From positions 98,521 to 162,520 of the forward strand of contig JBFWWP010000004.1 of the NCBI GenBank assembly GCA_050246115.1: DNA of 64,000 nucleotides. Reading direction: 5' to 3'. The notes below the pieces were generated by a model. That model made no database searches. It was not told where the DNA came from and worked only from the letters and a program-made list of their open reading frames with translations. Shown one piece after another: positions 43,256-54,621 of the stretch (position 1 is the stretch's first letter; each line of letters starts with the position of its first letter). This stretch comes from Planctomycetota bacterium. Lineage in GTDB: Bacteria > Planctomycetota > UBA8108 > UBA1146 > JAJFFE01. The position numbers were made by a program, and so were the translations under genes.

Positions 43256-44167
43256 ATGACGGCCGAGCGTCCCGGCTCCTCGACCCAACCCGAGTCCCGC
43301 TGGATCGTCGAGTTCCTGGACTATGCCACCGTCGAGGCCGGGCTCTCGGACCTCACTCTGGAGGCCTATCGCCGCGATTTGCGCGCGCTGAACGCTTTCC
43401 TCGGCAGCCGGGGCGTCGACCTCGGCGCTGCCGATCGCCACGCCTTGCGAGACTTCGTCGAGAGCCACTCGGCCGACCTCAGCGTGGCGACGCTCCGACG
43501 CCGAATCTCGTCCGTTCGCACCTTCTACCGGTTCTTGTCGAGTGAGGGTCGAGTCGCCCGGAACCCGGCGGAGGACCTGATGTTGCCCAAGACGTGGGCA
43601 CGTCTGCCGATCGTGCTGTCGACGAAACAAGTGTTTGCGCTACTCGAAGCTCCGTCCCCGGCCACCACCAAGACCCCGCTGCGCGACCGGGCCATCCTCG
43701 AACTGTTGTACGGTTGCGGCCTGCGGGTGTCGGAACTCTGCGACCTGGAGCTGCGAGACGTACGTTCCGTAGACGGCTTCTTGAGGTGCCGCGGCAAGGG
43801 CCGCAAGCAGCGCCTCGTGCCCATCGGGGCCAAAGCCGTCGCGGCCTTGGGCGCCTACTTGGAGCGGGAGCGCCCGCGAAACCCCGGGCAGGATTTCGCG
43901 CTCCTGTCGATCCGCGGGCGCCGGCTGGGGCGCGAGCTGATCTTTCGCCTGTTGCGGAAGTACGCCGGACTGGCGGGTCTCGCGGGGTCAGTCTCGCCTC
44001 ACACGCTGCGGCACAGTTACGCAACCCACCTCCTCGAAGGAGGCGCCGGCCTGCGGGAAGTCCAGGAGCTGCTCGGCCACGCCGACATTCGCACGACCGA
44101 GATCTACACGCACGTGGATCGTCACGAACTCAAGAGCCTGCACCGGAAGTACCACCCACGGGGGTAA
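43256..44167 (+). CDS. xerD: Tyrosine recombinase XerD
   Basis: RDRAILELLYGCGLRVSEL; GKGRKQRLVP; SPHTLRHSYATHLL; LLGHADIRTTEIYTHV; ends HPRG. Confidence 0.88.
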   Translation: MTAERPGSSTQPESRWIVEFLDYATVEAGLSDLTLEAYRRDLRALNAFLGSRGVDLGAADRHALRDFVESHSADLSVATLRRRISSVRTFYRFLSSEGRVARNPAEDLMLPKTWARLPIVLSTKQVFALLEAPSPATTKTPLRDRAILELLYGCGLRVSELCDLELRDVRSVDGFLRCRGKGRKQRLVPIGAKAVAALGAYLERERPRNPGQDFALLSIRGRRLGRELIFRLLRKYAGLAGLAGSVSPHTLRHSYATHLLEGGAGLREVQELLGHADIRTTEIYTHVDRHELKSLHRKYHPRG

Positions 44168-44244
44168 ACGGTACACCTGGAGTCACGCGGTCGTCCGCGC
44201 ACCTCGCCCTCGGCGAAACGGGATCGGGATCGGTGTTCGCCGGT

Positions 44245-45171
44245 TCAGTACATGCGCTGAGCGTCGGGAACCAGCTCGTAGGCGAGGACCGTGAACCCGA
44301 GCCGAACGTAATCGCCCGAGCGCAAGAGTGCTCGGCTCACCTTCTGGCCGTTCACGACCGTGCCGTTGGCCGAGTTGAGGTCGAGGATCACGTGGCCACC
44401 CTCCACGGCTTCGATTCGCGTGTGGTGGCGCGAGACTTTGCCGTCGTTGAGGACCAGCCCACAGTCGAGCGCGCGCCCAATGAGGAGGGTGGGGCAACCC
44501 GCGAGATCGACGCTTCTGCCCACGTCGCGCGGGTCGCCGTCGATGATGATCAAGCCACAACGCTGGCCGGCCGCGGCCGGGACGGGTTGGGGGGGCGTTG
44601 CGCGCGGGCGCGCCTCGACGTGTGCAGGACTCGTCGCGACGGCGCCCGGCGTCCCTCGGTGCACGGCTGGGTGGTGCGCTCCGGGAGGAGCGGCGTAGCC
44701 GAAGGCCGGCGCCGCCGCGCCGCCGACGGGCGCCATGGGTGGCGGATCGGCCGGCGTCAGCTCGTGCACCTCGGCGTCGGGCACCATCAGGCAGGCCGGG
44801 GTGACGACCGACGATGGAGCGTCCATCCGCACGGGTGCCGGCGCGGGCTTGGCCCCCTTCGGAGTCGGCGGCGAGAACGTGAACTGGAACTCGGTGGTTC
44901 CGAGCCGAATGATCTCGCCCCCCGCGAGCTCACGCTTCTCGACCGGGATGTCGTTGATCGAGCTTCCCTGCTCGGTGTTCAAGTCGAAGAAGGTCCAGAC
45001 CTCGCCCTTGCGATAGATCCGAGCGTGGTGTGACGCGACCCCGGTGTCCTCCAGCACGATCTGACAACCGCTTCCGCGTCCCAGATCGAACACCGAAAGA
45101 TCCTTGAGGACGTAGACCCTGCCCGATTGGGGACCTGACATGAATCTGAGGTAGGCCTTGTCTCTCGACAC
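44245..45171 (-). CDS. Double FHA-domain protein with a Pro/Ala-rich linker
   Basis: Two FHA units: LGRG...ASHHA...DLNTEQG and IGRA...VSRHH...DLNSANGT. Confidence 0.85.
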   Translation of the reverse strand: MSRDKAYLRFMSGPQSGRVYVLKDLSVFDLGRGSGCQIVLEDTGVASHHARIYRKGEVWTFFDLNTEQGSSINDIPVEKRELAGGEIIRLGTTEFQFTFSPPTPKGAKPAPAPVRMDAPSSVVTPACLMVPDAEVHELTPADPPPMAPVGGAAAPAFGYAAPPGAHHPAVHRGTPGAVATSPAHVEARPRATPPQPVPAAAGQRCGLIIIDGDPRDVGRSVDLAGCPTLLIGRALDCGLVLNDGKVSRHHTRIEAVEGGHVILDLNSANGTVVNGQKVSRALLRSGDYVRLGFTVLAYELVPDAQRMY

Positions 45172-45434
45172 CTTCGCCGCGCGCCCTTTCCTGGGGCAAC
45201 GAGATCCGAGTCACGCTGCGGATCTCTGCCTCCAGAAGATTAGCCCGGCGGCCCGAACGCTTCAAATCGACGCCCCCGGAACGTCTTCACAAGTCCAGGG
45301 GAAAGAAAGGACTTAGATGCGTTCGCGGCAGGCGTCTCGAACCCCTGACCCGGCTCTCCGGAGGCCGCTCCGGGCGAGGTGCCAGGAGGACCCGCCGTAT
45401 CCCCGAGGGGGACGACCGGCGTCGGATCGATTGC

Positions 45435-46691
45435 CTACGGACAGGCGAGGTACGGCGCGGTCGGGTCGGTTCCCGGGGAAGGAAATGGTGCGGCCGGCGG
45501 CACTCCCTCGAGAAACAGGTAGGTGCCGAGGCTCACCGCGTCCGAGATCTGGACCTTGGCGTTGTCATCGACATCGAGCGCGGCGACACAGGGAGGTGAC
45601 GGCATGGCTCCGGTCGCGACGAGCGCTAGCACGACGAGGTCGGAGAGGTCGAGGTGGAGATCGTCGTTCGCGTCCCCCCGCAAGAAGGGGCGCTGGGGAA
45701 TGATCTCGATCACACCGTTCATGAGGAGCGGGCTCACCGACTGCAGATCGATCACGAAGACGTTCTGCACCGGCGGAGTCCCGAAGCCGTCCTCGAGAGT
45801 CACCGCGACCTCGCTCACGGCGATCGCTTCCGGTCGAACCGCGACGACCAGTTGGGCGATGGTCTGAGCCTGTCCGATCGGCGGGATCGACTGGGAATCG
45901 AACGGCGGTAGCAGGTCGAGCAGGATCCCCACCACGAAAGTGCCGAGGGCGTTGTCGATGTTGGCTTCGAAGAACTCCGCGCCCACCGCTTCGGTGATGG
46001 TGCCGTCGATGGTCACGTCTTGACCGATCACGTACGCGGTGTCGAACGCTCCCGAAATCGAGAGTCCTTGAAGATCGTCGGTGTTCACGGCCATGAGCGG
46101 CACCCGGTGACCCTCGACGCCGATTCCGGCCACGGAGTCTCCAACGAAGAGGATGTTTTCATCCGTAACTTCGATCGATCCGTTCGCCACGGCCGCGGGG
46201 ATCTCGACTCCCGCAGCGAGAGCCATGTTGGGCAGGTCACCGGGCGTCGTGCGAAAGTCGACGAACACCAGCGTGCCTGGACTGAGGCCGTTCTCGATCT
46301 CCAGCCTGAGGGTGGCAACCCCCTGGTCCACGCCAACCGGGATCAGGTCGTCGAACGGCGCCAGACTGTCGAGCAGGGAGGTCACGTCGACATGCCCGGC
46401 GCTCGGGTCCACCATGATCCACTGAATCTCCGGGTCGACGCCTGCCAGAACGTCCGCGAGTTCGAAGCCAACGTAGTTCGCCTTGAACGCGTCGTAAGCC
46501 ATCGCGACCTGAAACCCATGGAGCGGGGTCACCGTCGTTACGGTGAGGGGAACCGCGGCGATCGCACCCGGGTAGGTCGTGACTTCCCCGAGTCGAAACT
46601 CGAGGTCTTGTGCACCCACGAAAGCGGGCAGCACACAAGAAACCACGAAGACGGTGCGTGGAACGAGCAGACGCAGTCCTTGGGTGGGCAT
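45435..46691 (-). CDS. Exported protein with two cohesin-like beta-sandwich domains and a C-terminal dockerin-like domain
   Basis: Signal peptide; two homologous units (VPLTVTT..LHGFQVAMAYD...LLDSLAPF...NGSIEV and VPLMAVN..LQGLSISGAFD...LLDLLPPF...NGVIEI); FLRGDANDD...GTDPT. Confidence 0.7.
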   Translation of the reverse strand: MPTQGLRLLVPRTVFVVSCVLPAFVGAQDLEFRLGEVTTYPGAIAAVPLTVTTVTPLHGFQVAMAYDAFKANYVGFELADVLAGVDPEIQWIMVDPSAGHVDVTSLLDSLAPFDDLIPVGVDQGVATLRLEIENGLSPGTLVFVDFRTTPGDLPNMALAAGVEIPAAVANGSIEVTDENILFVGDSVAGIGVEGHRVPLMAVNTDDLQGLSISGAFDTAYVIGQDVTIDGTITEAVGAEFFEANIDNALGTFVVGILLDLLPPFDSQSIPPIGQAQTIAQLVVAVRPEAIAVSEVAVTLEDGFGTPPVQNVFVIDLQSVSPLLMNGVIEIIPQRPFLRGDANDDLHLDLSDLVVLALVATGAMPSPPCVAALDVDDNAKVQISDAVSLGTYLFLEGVPPAAPFPSPGTDPTAPYLACP

Positions 46692-47043
46692 TGATTGGAG
46701 TCTCCGCTGGGCACTTGGATCCTCCGGGGAAAGCAGTCTCGGTTCAACCGGAGGGGTGGTGCGAGGTCGTTGGGACCGAAGGTCGCGCAAGCGCCCGATC
46801 ATACTGCCGATGCGGGGCCGCGCCAACGTCCTGGACGAATTGACGGTCGGAGGCTCCCGAAGCCGAAGCAGTACGTCGGTCTCGCGCGGCAGCGATGGGG
46901 TGGGTAAGGGACGGAAGCAGAGTGACCGAGGCAGGCGGACCGGAACCAAAAATGGGGGAAGCCCACGAACTCCGGAAGCCCAATCAATGCCCGCCGATGT
47001 GGACCTCTTCGTGACTTCCCCCCCAAGAAAACAGTGCTCCGTT

Positions 47044-47059
47044 AGCAAGCCAACATCCA
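47044..47059 (-). promoter_or_regulatory. Candidate sigma-54 (-24/-12) promoter
   Basis: The minus strand reads TGGATGTTGGCTTGCT (GG-N10-GC, TTGCT), next to an AT-rich region between the NtrC-like gene and the cohesin-like gene. Confidence 0.4.
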
Positions 47060-47440
47060 CATCGGAAGACTATTCATAAGCCAAACTTTGAACTTCTCTT
47101 AGGAACACATCCCGAAATCATCAGAGTCCCCGACGACTCAAATCCGAGCACACGGACCCAGGGATCTCCCTGATGTCGCCGGTGAGGCGCGGACAGGAAA
47201 TCTCCAAGACCTGAAATATTCAGTGCTTAATCGTCGCATACTCAATGCGACGAGACGCGTCGAAACACGACAAGCGACGCCGTTTGGCCCCGGGAAACGA
47301 AGTGAACGGTGCGCTGATTCGTGGCACCGGGTCCCGGACGGGTACGAAATGGACGCGGGTAAGCCACCGTCGGTAGGCGGCCCTTCGGAGGCCCCTGCGG
47401 GAGAATCGGGCTCGACGCCGATGGGGTAAGCGTCGGCCGG

Positions 47441-48832
47441 TCAGGCTTGGATCCGGTACTTGTGCATCAGCCGGTAGAGCCGATTCCGGTCGATCCCGAG
47501 GAGGTCGGCAGCCCGCGTCTTCACCCCGCCAGCAACCTGGAGCGCTCGCATCAGATGGCTTCTGACAATGCTGTCGAGCCGCGGGAACGCTCGCCCGCTG
47601 TCCGAATCCGGAGTTTGAGCCCGAGCCAGGAGATCCGCGGGCAGATCGTCGCGCAGGATCTCGGTCGCGCTCTTGCCGAGGGCGAACGCGCGTTCGATGG
47701 CGTTCTGCAGCTCCCGCACGTTTCCCGGCCAATCGTAGCTCTGAAAAACATCCATCGCCTCGGGGCTGACTCGCTTCGGCGGCACGCGATAAGACTTGGC
47801 GGTGCGGGCCACGAAGTGCTCCACCAGCGCTGGGACATCGTCCACGCGATCCCGCAGCGGCGGGACCTGGATGTTGACGACGTTGATCCGATAGTAGAGG
47901 TCCGCCCTGAACTTGCCCTCCTGGACCAGCTTCGCGATCGGTTGGTTGGTCGCGGTGATGACCCGGGCGCGAATCGGCACGGGCTGGGTCGCCCCCAGCG
48001 GAGTGACCTCTTGCTCCTGGATCGCACGGAGCAACTTGACCTGCAGGTCGAGGTCCAGCTCGGTGATCTCGTCCAGGAACAGGGTCCCCGCTTTGGCCGC
48101 AACGAACACTCCTTCGTGGTCACTGAACGCCCCGGTGAACGTGCCGCGCTTGAAACCGAACAGCTGGCTCTCGAGCAAGCTGCGAGCGAAGGCACCACAG
48201 TTCACGGCCATGTAGGGTCGATCGGCAGCAGCGCTACCGTTGAGACCTTCGGCCTTCAACCCCGCCGTGTGAATCGCACGAGCGATGAGTTCCTTGCCCG
48301 TGCCGGGTTCGCCTTGGATCAGGATGCGTGAGGGCGTCACCGCGACGCGTGCGATCATCTGGAAGATCTCGCGCATCCCGGGGTTGGTTCCGATGATCTC
48401 GCCGTAGCGCCCGTCTTTGACGACCGCAGAGGCGAATTCGGAGTTCTCCGTCCGGAGACCAGCGACCCGGAGCCCCTTGGCGACGCCAACGAGTAGCTCC
48501 GACGGGTGCAGCGGCTTGAGCAAGTAGTCGGAAGCGCCCGCCGCCATCGCCTTCACGGCCGAGCGGACATCCGCATCTGCGGTGAGCACGATGATCGGCA
48601 CGTTCGGCCACGACCGACTCACCTGTTCGATCAGACCGCTGCCACTCGCGGATACGTTCAGGTCGGCGATGACGAGGTCGACGCGTCGCAATTCGAGGCG
48701 TTCGAGCGCTTCCGTTCCGGTGCGGACGGTATCGACGAGATACCCTTCGCGCTCGAGCAGGTCCCGGAAGGTCTCGAGGATGACGGGATCGTCGTCGACG
48801 ATCAGAATGCGGCCCGCTTCGGCTCGGATCAT
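47441..48832 (-). CDS. Sigma-54-dependent Fis-family response regulator (NtrC/AtoC-like)
   Basis: REC domain (ILIVDDD, VIADL, DYLLKP); GEPGTGKELIARAIH; GTFTGA; FLDEI; WPGNVRELQN; Fis HTH. Confidence 0.93.
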   Translation of the reverse strand: MIRAEAGRILIVDDDPVILETFRDLLEREGYLVDTVRTGTEALERLELRRVDLVIADLNVSASGSGLIEQVSRSWPNVPIIVLTADADVRSAVKAMAAGASDYLLKPLHPSELLVGVAKGLRVAGLRTENSEFASAVVKDGRYGEIIGTNPGMREIFQMIARVAVTPSRILIQGEPGTGKELIARAIHTAGLKAEGLNGSAAADRPYMAVNCGAFARSLLESQLFGFKRGTFTGAFSDHEGVFVAAKAGTLFLDEITELDLDLQVKLLRAIQEQEVTPLGATQPVPIRARVITATNQPIAKLVQEGKFRADLYYRINVVNIQVPPLRDRVDDVPALVEHFVARTAKSYRVPPKRVSPEAMDVFQSYDWPGNVRELQNAIERAFALGKSATEILRDDLPADLLARAQTPDSDSGRAFPRLDSIVRSHLMRALQVAGGVKTRAADLLGIDRNRLYRLMHKYRIQA

Positions 48833-49861
48833 CGAGTCGCCCCCTCACCACGGGGACGTCTGCGGTCCGTCGCCAACGTACCGTCGAGTGGCGCGACGAA
48901 GGTCTGCCGTTCGCTACGAACGCGCACTTCGTTGCGGGCGCGATGGTCAAGCCCCCTGCACCCACCCCCGAACTCGGAATCACCCGAGCTGGAGGCGTGA
49001 CTTCCCCTAAGCATGACAGAGTCCTCCCGGTGCCCGTGGATCTCGCCTGGCTACCGAACGTGACGCCTGCTGTGCCGCTGCTTCTCGGAGGGGGGATGTG
49101 GAGAATAACACAACCCAAGCCGGTGATAAGGCCTAGATCCAAAAAAGTCGGGCCGAGGAGGGGTGGTGGCGAGGGCGACTCGCTCCCGACCGAGCAACGG
49201 GAGCGAACACACGGGCGGCCAGGACGATCCACACCACGCGCAAGGCCCGGCCGCCCGTTTTCACATGACTCGGTCAGAGGCCGGACCCGACTCCGGGGCG
49301 AGTCGACGCTGCGTCCGGCGGGAGAGCGCCCCGCTTCTTGCGAACGAGGGGGCGCTCGGGCTGCAGAAATGGCAGGGGCGGACGGCCGGTGCTCATCGAA
49401 GCGGGTCGTACCGATTGGCCGTTCGTAGCCCCTATAGGTTCAGTGAAAACAGGCAGCCGGCCTTTTCCTCTTCCAGCACACCAAAACAACAAACCGAGAT
49501 TCCGGCTGCCTGTAGTTCGAAAGTTCTGCTGTTCGAAGCGTCGCGGCGCTCGTCTCGCGCCGCACACCCCTAGCCTCGCACGACGCCGAGTCGTTGGCGA
49601 ACGGCAAACTTTGTCGAGCCGGGAGTCCGGGAATCCCGCCCAAGACAGCCGACTCCGGGCACCCGTGAGCCAACGCTGCCGATCGGAGTCGACGGGCCTT
49701 GAAATCACCGGGCCCGCGCGACACTCTTGACCCACGCGCTCGTGCCGCTTCCGCCCGACACGGTCGACCGGGGGCCGGTCGCCCGCCGCGTCCAGGCCCC
49801 CCGTCTTGGGCCGCCAGACTCGAGAGTCTCGCGCATCGCCGTGCGAGTCGAAGGAAACAGC

Positions 49862-51340
<1,479 letters not shown>

Positions 51341-51389
51341 CGGCGCCCCGACCCAGACCGAAGAACGTTCGCCGCAGATCGCTCGATGG

Positions 51390-52493
51390 TTACCACGAGA
51401 GCTTGATCAACCACAGCAGCGAGAACGTCTTTCGCTCCGGAGTGCGTTTGTAGCCAATGAGGTTGAGCAATGCGCCCCAAGAACGGGTCTGACGATGCTC
51501 CGTGCCGAACACGTCGGAGTTGCGGTCGTAGTCGAACAGGATTCCCCAGATCAAATCCAAGTCCGTGTACTCGGCATTGCTCTTGTAATCGCACAGGAAC
51601 GGCAGCTTGAACGAGACGTGGGTGGGCAGGCTCCGCAGCGGTCGGAAGCTGTCCTGCACGATCTTGGGACCGCGACGAATGGCGACTGCGAAGGAATCGC
51701 CCGCGAGGGCGGTCGCCTCCAAACGGCTGACAAAGGCCTCGGCGTCGCTCGTCGCCTCTGCGCCGGTCGCAACCAGTACATCCCCAACGCGCACTCGCGA
51801 GTAGAACGCCGGGGTCCCGCCCCGAATCGACATGACGATGACGCCGGACTCGTCGGGTTCGACCAGGTACTGCCGGAGGCGACCATCTAGGCTACCAAAA
51901 GTGAAACCGGCGTGCGGATCCACCACCGTGCCGAGGCGGATGGGCTCGTAGTCGTCGGTGCTCACGGATTCCGTCGTCAGCTGGACCTCGAGCGGGAAGG
52001 TGCGAGGCCCCCGTTGGATGTTGAGGAGCACTGGCTGATCGAGGGCATGATTGCGAACCAGGTGGCTCAGGCGTCCGGGGTGACCGAGTGGCTCCCCGTC
52101 GAGCTCGAGGATCACGTCTTCGGCCACGAGGCCGGCGCGAGCCGCAGGGCTCTCCGCCTCGACCGCGGTGACGCGTAGCCCGACGAACGGTTCGGCGCCG
52201 GCCGCGGGACGCTCTTCGACAGCCGTCGTGCGGACCCCCAAGAACGGAACCGCACTCACGAGGGTTCGACGCAGGGTGATCTCATGATCGCCCGTCACTT
52301 GGTAGTAGAGCGCGGTCAACTGTTTCCCCTCGGGGACCGGAACTCCGGGTCGAACCGGAATCTGGATCTGCCGGTCACTCGGCCCCCGCGGGAAGCGGAG
52401 CCCACCCGTCCCTTCGCACAAGGACGACTGAAACAGGCCGCATAACATCACCAGTACCGCGATAGCCGTGGATCTCGGGAGCAAGTTCTTCAT
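51390..52493 (-). CDS. Exported PDZ-domain protein (two PDZ-like domains)
   Basis: Signal peptide; SPAARAGLVAEDVILELDG; GTPAFYSRVRVGDVL; no protease domain recognised. Confidence 0.75.
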   Translation of the reverse strand: MKNLLPRSTAIAVLVMLCGLFQSSLCEGTGGLRFPRGPSDRQIQIPVRPGVPVPEGKQLTALYYQVTGDHEITLRRTLVSAVPFLGVRTTAVEERPAAGAEPFVGLRVTAVEAESPAARAGLVAEDVILELDGEPLGHPGRLSHLVRNHALDQPVLLNIQRGPRTFPLEVQLTTESVSTDDYEPIRLGTVVDPHAGFTFGSLDGRLRQYLVEPDESGVIVMSIRGGTPAFYSRVRVGDVLVATGAEATSDAEAFVSRLEATALAGDSFAVAIRRGPKIVQDSFRPLRSLPTHVSFKLPFLCDYKSNAEYTDLDLIWGILFDYDRNSDVFGTEHRQTRSWGALLNLIGYKRTPERKTFSLLWLIKLSW

Positions 52494-52506
52494 GGCGTCA
52501 CTTTCA

Positions 52507-53685
52507 TTAGGAGCGGCCGCGCCGCACTTTGTTCGCTGGCTGTTCGTCCCACACGCGGCGATATGCCGCCACTCGTCGCTGATCGGCATCGAGTTCCGCC
52601 GGTGGCTCCTCGCGTCCGAACCAGTTGCCCATCACGCCGAGCAGGCCCGCACCCGCAGGTGTCGCGGGAACGGACACGTCCCACGGGGCAAAGAACGCAT
52701 CGAGTTCGGCGAGCGCGAGACGACGCACTTCGGGTTGACCATCGTCGAAGAGTTCGAACAGGGTAGTCACCGCCCGCGGGTGCCCCCAATCGACCTCGAG
52801 GCGATAGCGCCCCTTCTCGCGATGCACGGCGCACGCCTTGCCCGCCGCCAAGTCGGTCACGGGCGTCGTCCCCGGCGGCGACGCTACGGTCGGCGCAGAC
52901 ACCGCGAGCGCCCGGTCATCACGACCTGAATCCGCCGGCCGGTCGGGACCTTCTCGGGTCGGTCGCTCCGGCTCGGGGGGGCGCGCCGCGAGGGTGAACT
53001 CGAGGGCGGCGAAGCCTCGCTCGAGATCGAGCAAACGAGCTTCAAGGGGACTCAGGTCCACCGTCGCCGGGCTCCCCCCTCGGGCCGCGACCTCGGCGCG
53101 GACGGCGAGAAGTTCACGCCGAACATCCAACAGCCGACGCTCTTGGTCCTCCGATTCGCGCGCCAGCTCGTCGGCGAGCGCACCCGTGCGTGCACGAATC
53201 GACTCCACGGCGGTCCGGAGTTCAGCCAGCCGGTCGCGGCCGTCCCGCGTGGCCACGGAGACGCCGTTCAGCTGCTCGTCGGCCTGCTCGATCCACCGTT
53301 CGATCCGAGTCGTTTCCTGGCTCCGGGCGACGGTGAGCGCGCGGAGCTGCTCCTCGAGACCCCACCGGCGCCATTCCGAATGAAGCAGCAACAGGGCCAG
53401 GGCGATCCCGGCGGCAGCCGCGGCGCGCCGGGGCCAAGCGGGGCCAACCGACACGGCACCGGAGCTCACCGATCGCGCGATCACCTGCTCGGTGAACGCG
53501 GCGGGCACCGGCGCCCGCGGCAAGGCGCGCAACTCGCTCAAGGCCGACTGGAAGTCGAGCCAGCGCGTGCGGCACGGCTCACACGCCGCCAAGTGTTTGC
53601 GGACGTCTTCGGCTTCGACCACGTCGAGGTCTTCGTCGTGAAGAGCCGACAATCGCTCGATCACCGCTTGGCAAGTACTGCTCAT
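52507..53685 (-). CDS. Zinc-finger (zf-HC2) anti-sigma factor with a TM helix and coiled coil
   Basis: CQAVIERLS...HLAACEPC; TM helix; overlaps the ECF sigma stop codon (ATGA). Confidence 0.85.
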   Translation of the reverse strand: MSSTCQAVIERLSALHDEDLDVVEAEDVRKHLAACEPCRTRWLDFQSALSELRALPRAPVPAAFTEQVIARSVSSGAVSVGPAWPRRAAAAAGIALALLLLHSEWRRWGLEEQLRALTVARSQETTRIERWIEQADEQLNGVSVATRDGRDRLAELRTAVESIRARTGALADELARESEDQERRLLDVRRELLAVRAEVAARGGSPATVDLSPLEARLLDLERGFAALEFTLAARPPEPERPTREGPDRPADSGRDDRALAVSAPTVASPPGTTPVTDLAAGKACAVHREKGRYRLEVDWGHPRAVTTLFELFDDGQPEVRRLALAELDAFFAPWDVSVPATPAGAGLLGVMGNWFGREEPPAELDADQRRVAAYRRVWDEQPANKVRRGRS

Positions 53686-54311
53686 GCTTCCTCCCGTCGC
53701 TCGTTACCGCCGCGCAGCGCGCGGTGGTAAAGCTCCTCGAACTGCTTGCGCGCTCGATGGAGTCGACTTTTCACCGTTCCGACTTCGCAGCTCAGAACCT
53801 CGGCCATTTCCTCGTAGGACAGTCCTTCGTAGTCCCGCAGCAGCATTAGAGTCCGGGGTTGGTCGCCCAACTGGGCAAGCACTGCCTCGACCAATGCCCG
53901 CACCTCCTCGCGCTCGATCGACTCCGCCGGCGCCTCCGGGGTCCAGCTCGCCGGACCGCTCGGATCTTGGCGGTAGCGGTCCAGGTGGACGATCCGACTC
54001 TTGTGGGCGCGGAGATGGTCGCGGGCAGCGTTCACGGCGACCGCCAAGATCCAGGCGGTCGCGCTCCCGTCGGGGCGGAAACTCGTGGCCCGTTGGAGCA
54101 CTCGCAGGAAGGTATCCTGCGCTAGGTCCAAGGCCGCCTCTCCATCGCGGACGATCCGGAGGATGAGATTCACGACGCGATGCTGATACCGAGCGACGAG
54201 TTCCTCGAAGCACGCGGGGGTGCCCGTGGCGACCCCGACGAGGCACCGCTCGTCGCTCCAGGTCGCGGCCGCCGTGGGTCTCGATCGCTCGACACGTCCG
54301 GGCACCAACAC
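53682..54311 (-). CDS. ECF RNA polymerase sigma factor
   Basis: FEELVARYQ; DLAQDTF; WILAVAVN; GLSYEEMAEVL...GTVKSRLHRAR. GTG start after GGAGGAG. Confidence 0.92.
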   Translation of the reverse strand: MLVPGRVERSRPTAAATWSDERCLVGVATGTPACFEELVARYQHRVVNLILRIVRDGEAALDLAQDTFLRVLQRATSFRPDGSATAWILAVAVNAARDHLRAHKSRIVHLDRYRQDPSGPASWTPEAPAESIEREEVRALVEAVLAQLGDQPRTLMLLRDYEGLSYEEMAEVLSCEVGTVKSRLHRARKQFEELYHRALRGGNERREEA

Positions 54312-54339
54312 CTTCTCCTCCCCCCGCACCCCGCCTCGA

Positions 54340-54366
54340 TCTACGGCCGCCGCACGCCGTTGTTCC
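54340..54366 (-). promoter_or_regulatory. Putative ECF autoregulatory promoter
   Basis: The minus strand reads GGAAC-N17-GTAGA just upstream of the ECF gene. A 14-bp tandem duplication (CCAAAAGTGACCGC x2, 54378-54405) lies immediately upstream. Confidence 0.55.
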
Positions 54367-54621
54367 CGAGTTTCCGGCCAAAAGTGACCGCCCAAAAGTG
54401 ACCGCCCCGAAGAAACGTTCGCCCGGATCCCGGGGGCGACCTGGCTCCGCCGCCGATCGGCAGACCGCGGCGCCGCCCCCGCTCCAGCCCGGGTAGCGTG
54501 CGCGGAGCAATCGGCTAGAATACCCATCCCGCGGTCGCCGTGTTCGCTCGGCGCGCCGCGACGGGAGTCGCCTCGCGAGCAACCCTAGGCAACGGCCGCA
54601 GCGCAGTAGAGAGGAGAGCCG

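Noticed and set aside
43256-44167. Tyrosine recombinase as a prophage or island integrase
   Set aside because: Its size and motifs match housekeeping XerD. The neighbours are core genes and no att site or tRNA is visible.
48130-48150. GTFTGA instead of GAFTGA as evidence of a sigma-54-independent activator
   Set aside because: The critical F-T-G-A residues are intact and substitution at the second position is a tolerated variation.
49585-49675. Possible ZTP (pfl) or c-di-GMP-I riboswitch upstream of purF (TGGCGAAC, GGCAAAC, GCCGACTCCGGGC)
   Set aside because: The 3' hairpin loop lacks the CGCC needed for the ZTP pseudoknot, and the GAAA-tetraloop/GCAAA elements of c-di-GMP-I are missing.
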